DNA from: Lama guanicoe | Lineage: Eukaryota | Direction of reading: 5' to 3' | Length of the DNA stretch: 35,888 nt | Assembly: GCA_013239625.1 (NCBI GenBank) | Contig: MU053365.1 | Span: 746,001 to 781,888 of the forward strand | Part shown: piece after piece, positions 1-10,480 of the stretch | How positions within the stretch are numbered: the first letter of the stretch is position 1 | How the letters are laid out: each line of letters opens with the position of its first letter | Translations under genes and position numbers: made by a program | Notes under the pieces: model-generated | What the model saw: only the letters and a program-made list of their open reading frames with translations | What the model was told of the DNA's origin: nothing | Database searches by the model: none

Positions 1-1285
1 AAACCACACCACAGACATTTCTGCCAAGAACGCTGCTCTTAAAAGAACCAAAACCCAAACCTCTGTCATGGTCCAAAGGGATGTTTCCTCAAATGATAAC
101 TTAGAGAAAATGGCCAGAGAAACCCAAGAATTGGCTCCAGAAAAGGAAAAACAAGATTGGAAATCTAGTAACTGTTGCTCTGATAAAAAGAGAGAACTCT
201 AGTTTGGGCCAAATAACAATCCAGTGTTGTCAGAGACTCTAAAATTCCCATTTCTGACTACTGTATATGCATGAAACCATGGGTCTGTGGATAAAATGTA
301 ATGTTTATGAATCAATACTGGTGGAGAAATATCGATAAAGCCACAAAAATGCATGCTTTGCTTACCCCACCTGCCCAAAATATAATTCGGGAGAAACTGT
401 CCACAGTGCTCCCGAATACTTTAGACTGCGCAGTGGACCAATGGACCATTGGAGGTTTGGCAAATGGATTTTATTCAGTTTCCCCCATCACATGGATATA
501 AATATGCTGTAGTCATGGTTTGTATGTTTTCCCACTGGGTCTTAGCCTTTCCACGTAGACAAGCTACTGCCTCTTCTGTGGATAAAATTCTTTCAGAAAA
601 GATTACCCTTACCTGGGGAACCCCTCTTAAGCTCCATGGCAACCGGGGAACCCATTTTCCTGCAAACATGACAGCAAGTCTGTGTTGTTTGGCCAGTCCT
701 AGTGCATTTTCACGATGCTTCCCACCCTCAATCCTCAAGGCTGGTCAAACGCACTAATGGCATCGTTAAGACTCAATTTGCAAAATTTGTAGAAACCCTT
801 CAAGTACCCTGGCCAAAGGCACTGCCATTAAGTCCTTCTGAAACTCATGTCTAAACCCTTTTGGAAACCATAAACCCTCTCACCCTTTGAGATAATCACA
901 GAACACCCAATGCACCCAGCTACTGCTTCTTTTGATCCACAGCTGATAAAAGGAAATTACACTTCAGTATTGTAAAGGCTTAATTGCTTCTGTTGAAAAT
1001 AACCGTGCTTTAGTAGAGTAACCTTTTCACAGCGTCTCCCATCTTCTCAGGAGATGAAGACTTTAAGCATCACTCCTTTTAACCTGGAAATTTTGTCTAT
1101 TGGACAGACATCTCCAGAAAGACTCTCTTCAACCTCATTGGAAAGGCCCCTATAAGGTGCTGTTAAGCAACCTGTGTGCTGCCTAACTCCAAGGAATAGA
1201 CTTTTGGATTCATGTGTCACATCGAAACCCGGACTGGACTTGCATACCATCTGGTGGCCTGAAAATAAACATTTTCAGGAATTGA
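1..1285 (+). pseudogene. pol: ERV pol remnant: RNase H C-terminus and integrase (HHCC, DDE core, GPY/F)
   Basis: From base 2: NHTTDISAKNAAL (RNase H end, GNxxADxxAK type). Zinc finger remnant YPTCPKYN from 363. Core EVWQMDFIQFPPSHGYKYAVVMVCMFSHWVLAFP from 452. QSSRLVKRTNG from 729. WKGPYKVLL from 1139. WIHVSH and a terminal TGA at 1283-1285. Several in-frame stops and frameshifts. Confidence 0.93.
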
Positions 1286-1290
1286 AGTAG

Positions 1291-1506
1291 ATGACATCTG
1301 CAGGAGACAGCTTTCCCAATATGACCAGACCAAGCCTGTATAACCTTTTTCTCACTGTTCCTTCTTACCTTATTCCCTCCATCTCTTTATTGGAAAGGCA
1401 ATATTTTATCCACATTTCCCAATCTACTGAGAAAAGAGGAAGTCGTTCTGACTATTGCATCTGTCACCAGAAACTCCAATCTGTTCATGATGTTGGAGAT
1501 CCTTTG
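1291..1506 (+). pseudogene. env: ERV env remnant, signal peptide region and SU N-terminus (5' of the L1 insertion)
   Basis: Directly follows pol. A hydrophobic leader (SLYNLFLTVPSYLIPSISLL) precedes IHISQSTEKRGSRSDYCICHQK, a degenerate CWIC/CXXC motif (YCIC, 1453-1464). The frame reads ...VGDPL at the L1 target site. Confidence 0.8.
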
Positions 1507-2573
1507 TTTTTTTTTCTTTTTCTTTTAACATTTTTTATTGAGTTATAGTCATTTTACAATGTTGTGTCAAACTCCAGTGTAGAGCACAATTTTTCAGTTA
1601 TACATGAACATACATATATTCATTGTCACATTTTTTTCTCTGTGAGCTACCATAAAATCTTGTATCTATTTCCCTGTGCTATACAGTATAATCTTGTTTA
1701 TCTATTCTACATTTTGAAATCCCGTCTATCCCTTCCCACCCTCCGCCCCCTTGGCAACCACAATTTTGTATTCTATGTCTATGAGTCTGTTTCTGTTTTG
1801 TATTTATGCTTTGTTTGTTTTTTTAGATTCTACATATGAGTGATCTCATATGGTATTTTTCTTTCTCTTTCTGGCTTACTTCACTTAGAATGACATGCTC
1901 CAGGAGCATCCATGTTGCTGCAAATGGCATTATGTTGTCGGTTTTTATGGCTGAGTAGTATTCCATTGTATAAATATACCACCTCTTCTTTATCCAGTCA
2001 TCTGTTGATGGACATTTAGGCTGTCTCCATGTCTTGGCTATTGCAAATAGTGCTGCTATGAACATTGGGGTGCAGGTGTCTTTTTGAAGTAGGGTTCCTT
2101 CTGGATATATGCCCAGGAGCAGGATTCCTGGGTCATCTGGTAAGTTTATTCCTAGTCTTCTGAGGAATCTCCATACTGTTTTTCACAGTGGCTGCACCAA
2201 ACTGCATTCCCACCAACAGTGTAGGAAGGTTCCCCTTTCTCCACAGCCTCTCCAGCATTTGTCATTTGTGGATTTTTGAATGACGGCCATTCTGACTGGT
2301 GTGAGGTGATACCTCATTGTAGTTTTGATTTGCATTTCTCTGATAATTAGTGATATTGAGCATTTTTTTCATGTATCTATTGATCATTGTATTTCTTCCT
2401 TGGAGAATTGCTTGTTTAGGTCTTCTGCCCATTTTTGGATTGGGTTGTTTGTGTCTTTCTTATTAAGTCGTATGAGCTGCTTTTATATTCTGTAGATCAA
2501 GCCTTTGTCAGTTTCATTTGCAAAAATTTTCTCCCATTCCGTAGGTTGTCTTTTTGTTTTACTTACGGTTTCC
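1507..2573 (-). mobile_element. LINE-1, 5'-truncated (~1.07 kb), ORF2 C-terminus plus 3' UTR and A-rich tail, inserted antisense in env; resembles a young camelid L1 (L1-1_Vpa-like, from recall)
   Basis: ORF 1823-2065(-) MFIAALFAIAKTWRQPKCPSTDDWIKK...MPFAATW...YHMRSLICRI is the L1 ORF2 C-terminus. T-rich tail from 1507. Flanking duplication TGGAGATCCTTTG at 1494-1506 and 2574-2586. Confidence 0.97.
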
Positions 2574-2586
2574 TGGAGATCCTTTG

Positions 2587-3770
2587 GTTTTACCCATAAT
2601 CAATTTCTCATTAGTCCCAGATCCTACTGTCAGTTGTACGCACAAGCTGACGGATGTCACCTATCTGGTTAGGCTGTTCTGGCCACGTGTTCCCATACCT
2701 TGTTTCAAATATTCTCCAACCATAACCAAACTAATTCAGCTGAACACCTCCACCTTGGCACTCTTTTTCTTATTTAAATATGACCTGTTCCCTTGCACCC
2801 AAGGGCAATTCAAAGATGCTAACTCCTCTTTTCAAGGCTTTTAGAAAAGACCCCTTTAGGTTGGGATGGTACCTTACAGAATGTCATCCCAATTCCTCTG
2901 AACCCTGGCTTGAAAAGGTCAGTCAGGAAATTCCAGCTAATAAAGGTATCAATAATCACACCTTAGCTAGAGTCTTCTGTGTGACACCTGGTTTTATTTT
3001 TGTCCATGGTGGTTGGCATTTCTCTTGGCCATATGAATGTTTAGATAGCTGGCAAACTGGAGATCAGTGCTTACTGGCACATTTAACTGTCCCTGTCAAC
3101 ATTCGTAACATATCAGGAACCTACCATTGGTTCTCTCTATTAAACCTCCATGGCCACCTTAAATGGAATCTTCCATGAGGCATACATGACTCCAAGTTTG
3201 CCTCCATAGGGAGAGCCCTTCTCCTGTGGGTCAAAGTAAATGCCAGTGAATGCATGACCGGAAATCTCTCCCTAACATTATGTTCGCTAGCCAACTCCAC
3301 AGCCAAGGCAGTAGCATCCCCAAAATAATCACTTGATTCACTGGCTAAAGTGGTTTTGGACAATTGTAACAGCCCTTGATTATCCACTTGCTGAACAAGG
3401 AGGTGTTTGTGTGATAGCAAATACCACCTGTTACTCATGGATAAACGCTTCTAGGAAGGTGCATATTCAACTACACAAGATCAGGGAACCAGTACACTGG
3501 TTACAAAAAATTCCACCTAACTCTCCATGGTCCTTTGATTTGTTCAGTTGGCTACCTTCAGGTCTAGGCAAATGATTTAGAACAATCATACAACTTGGAT
3601 TTGTCATGTTAACTTTCATTCTGTTTTGTATAATTATTTTTTAACTTTATACCTGTTGCCTGTGAAATCTCTGCAGAACTGACACACCAAATAGACTGAT
3701 GTTATCTCAGCGCTTCAAGGTGACCTCCAGTGCTTTGATAAGACAGGCTTTGGATCAGAGGTGCTTGAGT
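2587..3770 (+). pseudogene. env: ERV env remnant, SU C-terminal part and TM (gamma-type envelope); 3' end approximate
   Basis: Resumes GDPL-VLPIINF in frame. Degenerate furin site HLKW (3155-3166). Heptad region GNLSLTL...SLDSLAKVV. Immunosuppressive domain LDNC/TALDYPLAEQGGVC (3356-3410, with a frameshift). CX6C(C>Y) CVIANTTCY (3408-3434). Membrane anchor IIQLGFVMLTFILFCIIIF (~3585-3641). Confidence 0.92.
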
Positions 3771-3943
3771 TCTCCTTTCTCCCCTTTCTTGTTACCCAAA
3801 TGTGGCCTCAATGGTTTCCAATATGTGTACTTTCCCTCAGACATGGGACATGACGACCAGGAAAGGTCCTTTTTGGCACCAAGGGACAAAGCCACCAAAA
3901 CCTGACTCTTGATCAGTAGTGCTTTAAAGGAAAGATCTTGATC

Positions 3944-3955
3944 AAAAGAGGGGAA
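3944..3955 (+). other. Retroviral polypurine tract
   Basis: AAAAGAGGGGAA immediately before the LTR-initial TG at 3956. Confidence 0.88.
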
Positions 3956-4410
3956 TGTAAAATTAAAGAAAGGAAACCTCATTTAACATGGAGTCTGGAC
4001 GCCCTGTAGGGGGAGCTCTCGCGCACTACCACCCCGCGCCACTCGCAGACCCCGGCAGAAGTGTACCTTGTATTCCCCAACTGGAAGAAGCTTCTTTTAC
4101 ACACCCCAGCGAGAGGAAGACAGACTTTTCTCTTTGCCCAGCAACAGCCCACCCAGGGAGAAATTGCCAAACTCAGCCAATGAGAAGCTGCCCCCGCCCT
4201 GAATTTCTTCTCTTCTCCAGTGAACTTTGTTCAAAACAGCCCCTCGCAATTTCCCCCTTTCCTTTATAAATGAAGTCTCCTTTCTTTATTTCCTGGACTC
4301 ACTTATGGCTTGCTGTAGTTTTCTTGTCCCAAATTGCAGTTCCTCTGTGATTTCTGAATAAATTGATTAGGCTGGTAAAATAAATGGCTATTTTATTTTT
4401 AAGGCTGACA
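3956..4410 (+). mobile_element. ERV 3' LTR (455 bp)
   Basis: Starts TGTAA after the PPT and ends TGACA. Contains CCAAT (~4177), a GC box CCCCGCCC (~4191), TATAAA (4265-4270) and AATAAA (4357-4362) in U3-R-U5 order. Confidence 0.88.
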
Positions 4411-4434
4411 CTATATACATACAGCTTTCCTTAC

Positions 4435-4486
4435 TTATATAATATATATACACACACATATATATACATGTACATATACACACGTA
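4435..4486. repeat. Degenerate (TA)n/(CA)n microsatellite
   Basis: tatataatatatatacacacacatatatatacatgtacatatacacac. Confidence 0.7.
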
Positions 4487-5339
4487 CTTCTGACAGCCTC
4501 GTTGATCTTTCTATCCCCAGGATTAAGCTCTGAGCCCAACACATAGTTGTTATGCAACAAACAGTTGTTGGAAGAAGGGAGAATAGAAATAAAAATATAT
4601 TTTAGAGTTTAAAAACATGGAGGTTCTGTGTTAACATGCTCTCCTCAAAGACATGTTGACTGGGTTGACAAGGGTTTCTAATTATCCTTTTCCAATACCT
4701 TTGGACCCGATTCTTCTGTCGACTCTTAAGCAATATCAATGAAACAGAAATAACTGTAATCAAATGCTCACTGGGCCATAAACCTACTTGCAAGCATATG
4801 GATAACTACATTATATTTGCACCCCTAAGGTTTGTTAAACATCTGAGAATGAAAAAAACTAATAAATACGAGATTTATTTTTATCATTATTAAATTAAAA
4901 TGGAAAAAGCTAAAGATAGCAGAGAACCTAAAAACTAAAACTAACGTATTCAAACAACTATGTATTTAAAAATATGGCTAATGACCTTGAAATTTTTCTA
5001 GCTGTTTCCTAGGAATAAAAACTAAATCATCCCTAATAAAAATATTCATAAATTTTTCCTGCTGATGCCTTTAGGGGAATATTGAGTAAAGTGTTTGAAA
5101 GAGTCAGTCTTTTAACAACCTAAGAAAATAAAGTACAGGGGACAGAATGTGTTTTTATCATATATAAGATGAATTACATAATGCTTCTTTAAGCAGAGAA
5201 GTATTTAAGTATATACCAAGGCAAAATCTTAGGCTGCAGTCACTAAATCAAACGTTGCCAGTTTTCTGGGTTGAGAATAACTGGTCAGTCATTAGCATAA
5301 TTTCGAACATAACATAAACCAGAGGAAAGTATAAATTCA

Positions 5340-5650
5340 GCCTGGAGAAATCCAGGAAGGCTGCTTGGAGGAGGCTGCACTCGAGCTGAACACTGAAGGA
5401 TAATTAAATTACCAGTGATGGAGAAGGTGAGGAAGATCTGTTCCTGATCATTGGAAGAGCATAAGTAAAGGCACAGATGAGGAAGGAAAGAACGAAGAGT
5501 AAGTAAGTAAACATGTGAAATGGTGTAAAATGGCAAAGCAGAAGATGCGGTGAGAAAGGGCAGATGAGGCCACATTAAGATGCCTCGAAAACAGCGCAAT
5601 GAGTAATGTTGATGCTTTTTTTCTCTAATCAAGAAGGAATTACCAAATGC
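5340..5650 (-). mobile_element. LINE-2 fragment
   Basis: aggaaggctgcttggaggaggctgcactcgagctgaacactgaagga...aaaggcacaga matches the typical antisense L2 3' region (recall). Confidence 0.6.
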
Positions 5651-6149
5651 TTTGGAGGTAAATACCTTACTTCCAGACAGTTCATTACCCCTATTGCATC
5701 AAATGAATGAGGCAGCTCCTCTAAAATTACATAGGCATTTTGGACTTCACTGTCTTAATAATTTCTTTATTAGTTATTGAATATAGTCTAATGAGAGTAT
5801 ATCTGTCATCCCAAGTGTCTTAGACATGAACAAAATTTATATTTAAAATGTATCTGGGATTGAATTCAAATGATCAAATAGAGTTGAAAGTTATTCCTAA
5901 ACACTATGATATTGCCAGACAGGTAAGTGCCACTATACATTTATTAAATCTGCCCACAGTGAGGAGAATATTATTCACAGCACGTTTGTTGTTTTGTTCT
6001 ATTGTATTTTTCCCTTCTGGATGTACTGAGGTTTCCATCCAACTCTGCAGAGATTCCTTTATTTTATTTCCTCTATTTATTTCCCTTCATTTTCATGTTA
6101 ACCTTTGGAAATAAAAGACAGGCAAGTTCTAAAGAGGATCAGCTGTCTT

Positions 6150-6287
6150 TCCTTCCTTCCTTTTCAACAAGCATTTACCAAGCAGCTGTGATGTGCCAGA
6201 CACTGACTCTGACACTAGACGCACCAGAAGGAATAAGACAGAGCGCCCTGTCTACCCTCAAGTAGTTCACAGTCTCGTTGGGGAGAT
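6150..6287 (-). mobile_element. LINE-2 3' end fragment
   Basis: ttcaacaagcatttaccaagcagctgtgatgtgccagacactg...ccctcaagtagttcacagtct, the antisense L2 terminus pattern. Confidence 0.7.
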
Positions 6288-6509
6288 AGCCCAGGCTGAA
6301 ATTCAGTCCCAAGACACTTCAAAGCTTACCAACAGGCGTATGGAATGGGGAGTAAAAGGTTCCCATTGACATGCTGGGAACAGTTTTATTTTGTTCTTGT
6401 CTCACGAAAGATAAAACTTTGATCATTCTTTGGCAAAGACTAGTTTTTTGTTTTAGAAAAAACATTTCGATGGACTCTAGTTATCTAGGCATATAACATA
6501 ATAAATGGC

Positions 6510-7281
6510 GCTACTATCTCCCTGGTCACTCAAGACAAAATTCGAGAGGGCATGCCCAAGTCCTCCCTTTCCCTCATCCCCCTTCCCCCCTCCAACCCCC
6601 CCACCACCACACACACACTGAGTCCCTGGGCAACTCCTACTGACTCCACCTCCAACGTATCTCCTGCATCCATCCGCGCCTCTCCACCCGTGCGCACCAC
6701 CATCATCACTCGCCTGCCCTACTGCAATAGCCTCAACAGCTGGCCTCCCTCGCCTCCTTCTTCACCTCCCTATGGTGTATTCTCCAAAGGTGCCCTTGTA
6801 ACCTGGAAGTCAGATCATGATTTTCCCCACTTCCACTCCTCCAATGGCTTCCACTGTGGGTGGAATACAATTCAGTTTGCTCATCTCAGGCTTTGAAGTA
6901 CCCACTGACCTGGTCCTTGCCCACCTCCATGACCTCAGTGTCCGGAAGGTTACCCTCCTTATTTAACAAGGCTCATTTTGTTCCTTGGACAAGCCAAGCA
7001 TGTCCCTGCCTCAGGGCCTTTTGGATTCCGCTGTGATCTCCTTGAATAGCTTCCCCCAGATCCTCACTTCAGCAGCCTGCACTCATCATTCAGGTCTCAG
7101 CTCGACCAGGGCCTTTTCTGACCGCTAAAGCTAACGTCGGCCTCTTCCATTTCTGGAACCACATCACATCATCTGATGGTACTGCCTTCAAATCACTGAC
7201 TGCGATCGAAAATGAGACTGTCCGTTGCCTTTTTCACATCTGCCCCCTCCGACTAGAATGTAAGCTCCGTGAAAACTGCAC
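6510..7281 (+). mobile_element. LINE-2 (L2a-like) fragment
   Basis: ctactgcaatagcctc, aagtcagatcatg, ccaatggcttcc, cctgcctcagggcctttt, ttcaggtctcagctc and actagaatgtaagctcc appear in L2 consensus order. Confidence 0.85.
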
Positions 7282-7762
7282 TAAGTTCCCTACCAGGCCC
7301 TTAGCCCCTAGCTTGGGGCCCAGCAAACAGCAGGCCCTTTGCAAGAAGTGGGGAAGAGAAGGAAAGGAGGGAAAGAGGAAAGGAGGAGGGAGGGAGGAGA
7401 GTGGTTCTACTATTCTTGGGAATATCAGTGAAATCACCTGCCATGTGAGTACATCTGTCTGAGGTTCCTTTTTCTTGAATGGTTGAGCTGGCCTGTCTGT
7501 AGCCTCGGCTGCCATAGGGCTTGGGACAGGGAAGGGAGCATGGTTCAGTCAAGGGACTTCATCACCCACTTGGCAAACCTGACTCCCTACTGATGCTCAG
7601 GACCGAGAGTCTCTAGAACCAGTCCTCCCTGTGGGACTGCGTGTCCCAAACCCAGGGTCCCAACTGACACGAGGATGTAGGCAGGGCCAGTTGTGGAAGG
7701 TGTCAACCCGCAGATTAAGTTCTAAAAGACACAAAGGTTATTTTCACTTATTTACTGAACTC

Positions 7763-8080
7763 CTTCATTCACTCGGTTGTTTTTAACAACCAGCAAATAC
7801 GTTTTGAGCACCTACTGAATGTCTGGCTGGCGTAGTGGATACAAAGATGACATGGTCTTTATCCTCAGGGAAGCCATCGTTTTCTGGAAGAGGCAGACAC
7901 TGCAGACAAATCACTGCAGTCAGCCATGGGAAGCGCTGCCGGGGGAGCTGCAGAAAGCACTGCGGAAACCCGGAGATAAAATACACCGGGACGAGGACGC
8001 CCATGGAAGTGGGGAGACAGAGATCGGGGAAAACTCCAGAGAGAGGGCGTTACAGCTGGGCTTTCAGGGCGACCAGGAGG
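7763..8080 (-). mobile_element. LINE-2 3' end fragment, unusually GC/CpG-rich in its distal half
   Basis: ttcattcactc...caaatacgttttgagcacctact...gatacaaagatgacatggtctttatcctcagggaagc...gaggcagaca. Confidence 0.65.
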
Positions 8081-8247
8081 CGCCCAAGAAACCCAGTCAT
8101 CAAGCGAGTCGGCATTTGAAGGCAATATTTTTTTTGAAAAAAATCAAAATTCATGCAATATTTTTTTCCTTTTGCCTCAGGCTCCAACGTCCCTCAGGGC
8201 AGTACTGCTACTGATCCTGTCTTCCTTTAAAAATTAGACCTTTTGTT

Positions 8248-8391
8248 GGGGAGGGCACAGCTCGGTGGCACAGTGCCCGCTTAGCACGCACGAGGTCCTG
8301 GCTTCAATCCCCAGTACCCCCATTAAAAATAAGTAAGTAAATAAACCTAATTACCCCTAAAATAAATTTTAAAATTAAAGAAAAAAACAGT
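8248..8391 (+). mobile_element. tRNA-Ala-derived SINE (camelid Vic-1-like, from recall) with A-rich tail
   Basis: tRNA-like head GGGGAGGG...AGCTCGGTGG...TTAGCA...GAGGTCCTGGCTTCAATCCCCAGTACC with degenerate A and B boxes and an AT-rich tail. Duplication AATTAGACCTTTTGTT (8232-8247) / AATTAGATCTTTTTTT (8392-8407). Confidence 0.88.
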
Positions 8392-9669
8392 AATTAGATC
8401 TTTTTTTAATCATAGATTTTTCACATTAATTTTGATTTGTTTACAGAGACCCCCATTAAAATACTGTTTATCTCAATTACAGATTTTGGGGCGCCACCTG
8501 AAATGCTGGGCTGGGGTGTTTCACCTGCCTTCCCCTCGCGATAGCCTTTCCCTAAGCCAGGCATTCGGTGTGATGGGGAGTGGACAGTCCACTTTTCCAC
8601 GCAGTTGACTAGAACAGACCAATGCGAACTGCCACACTCACTTCCCCAGCATCGCCTAAAAAAGACAGTCAAACCAGTCTTCTGGGAGTGGAAACCTCAC
8701 TGGTCACTCCCATGTTCCTTCCATTGTCTGGCATATAGAAGCCACCAAGAACTGAGCACGCGACATGGGAAGGCCAGCCCCCCGGCCTCCCAGCACCTGA
8801 GATTCCTGGTGTCTGTTCATGGCTTTCCCCTAAGCGAAGTCAGGACCTCAGAAAATGGTCATCCTCGCTCAACAGAAAGTGGAATGGCATCCGTGGCTAG
8901 TTTCCTCCCTTTGACTAAATGAGTGCATTTGGCCCGGGGAAATATGCTCCCTTTAACTGAGTAAAGCTAAAGGGCTGGTGCCAGTCTCTCCGGGGGTTGG
9001 GGGTGGGGAGCCATTCCTCCCAAAGATTCCAAGCTATAATTTTTACATTACAGTGTTATTACCAAGAGGTGGTTTTGTGTGCCACATCCTTTTCCGTTTC
9101 TCTTCTTATGTATCTGGAGACAGACAAGAGAGCACGTGTACTCTCTATTATTTCTTCTAAATATTCCTCTTGTTTGAAAGGGGAGGGTGGGCCTGGGGAC
9201 CACCTTGCCCACCTTGGTGACAGTGTCGCTCCATATAGGTCTGTAAATGAGCTTCTGGCTTCTGGCCTCAAAGATACAGCATGGTGAGCAGGGAAAACAC
9301 TTAGGTCTACAAAACTGCCTCTCACTCTTAGAGCTCATAACCTCATTGATTTCAGGCTGGATTTACAGCATCATTTGTTCCTGATAAGAGCTACCCACCT
9401 GCACGACTCTACCAGGAGAAGGTAAAATAGAACCAAGCCAGGCAAAATAGAAAGGGAAAAGAAAAATCAAACCGAGTGAGGGCTTGACAATTTCACTGCT
9501 CTTGCCCTGATTCTTCTGTTTGTTTAATCCAACTTGCTCTATAAAACTTGCCTGAACAGTCCTGATTTTCACCTTCCTCCTCCAAAAGAATGGCTAGGAC
9601 GCTCGGAACCAGTCATCTGTGACTCTACCCACGACCCACGTCTTTGTCAAATGCAGTGAAGCCTCAGAT

Positions 9670-9890
9670 GGGGTGAAATCTCAGATCAGCCCGAGTTCAA
9701 ATCCCAGCGTGGCCCTTTACAAGCTCTGTCCCTTGAGCAAGTTACTGAATCTCTCTGTGGATGTAACTGGCACTATTGCAAAAGATGGGTGCCTAAGGTT
9801 CTCAAAAAATTATGGGTGAATGAGTTAAAGTGCAGAAAACACACTGCCTGACCATGGCAAATACTCACTAAAATGCTAGCTATTATTATG
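9670..9890 (+). mobile_element. MIR SINE
   Basis: gagttcaaatcccagc...ccttgagcaagttactgaatctctctg...actgcctgaccatggcaaatactcactaaaatgctagctattattat. Confidence 0.8.
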
Positions 9891-10420
9891 AACAAATATT
9901 TTTGAGAATATTTACATTCATTTAAATACAAAGATATATTTGAGGAACTGTTTTTAACATGAACAACAGGTCAGAACAATTTTTAGTGTCATTACAGTCA
10001 ATTACCTAGAATTTGTAAGAAATATCCTCTCACAACATTGTAAAATGGTTATAAATCAATAAAAAGTGGTAAAAAAAAAAAAAAGAAATATCCTCTGATT
10101 GAAATGGAGTAGAACCTCAAAATAATGGGACTCTTCAGAGACCAAACTAGCAGACATTTGACATTCAAATGAATGCCGGCACCTTCGAAGCAGCGCCATG
10201 AGGAAACTGTCCCCTGTTTTCAAGGAGACAGACATTGCTCAACCGACTTTGGAATTCGTCTGAGGGAATTACCTTCAGCTATAGTTATGAACCAGGCATG
10301 AAAATGAGGCTCATTATTTTCCAGCCACAGCTCATTCATTCTTCAGTAAAATGTGCATTCAACCTTATCAACCTTCTTCCTCGCCAAATCTGGCTCCAAA
10401 TTATTTTGGTTGTTTCAGGA

Positions 10421-10480
10421 ACCAAAAACCAAAAATAAAACAAAAAACAAAACAAAACAAACAAACAAACAAACAAAAAC
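10421..10480. repeat. A-rich (AAAC)n/(AAAAC)n microsatellite
   Basis: aaacaaaaaacaaaacaaaacaaacaaacaaacaaacaaaaac. Confidence 0.85.

Larger units (their letters stand above)
1..4410 (+). mobile_element. Endogenous retrovirus, class I (ERV1), 3' half of a defective provirus (pol-env-PPT-3' LTR); 5' part lies upstream of the window
   Basis: RNase H end, integrase, env SU/TM, polypurine tract and a TG...CA LTR occur in colinear order, with many stops and frameshifts. The pre-PPT sequence GAAAGATCTTGATCAAAAGAGGGGAA resembles MER4-group internal ends (from recall). Confidence 0.95.

Noticed and set aside
1291..3770. Intact or domesticated env (syncytin-like gene) at this locus
   Set aside because: An L1 insertion, multiple stops and frameshifts, and mutated CXXC, furin and CX6CC motifs rule out a functional protein.
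8248..8323. tRNA-Ala(AGC) gene
   Set aside because: Stems and B box are degenerate, and it has an A-rich tail and TSD, so it is a SINE.
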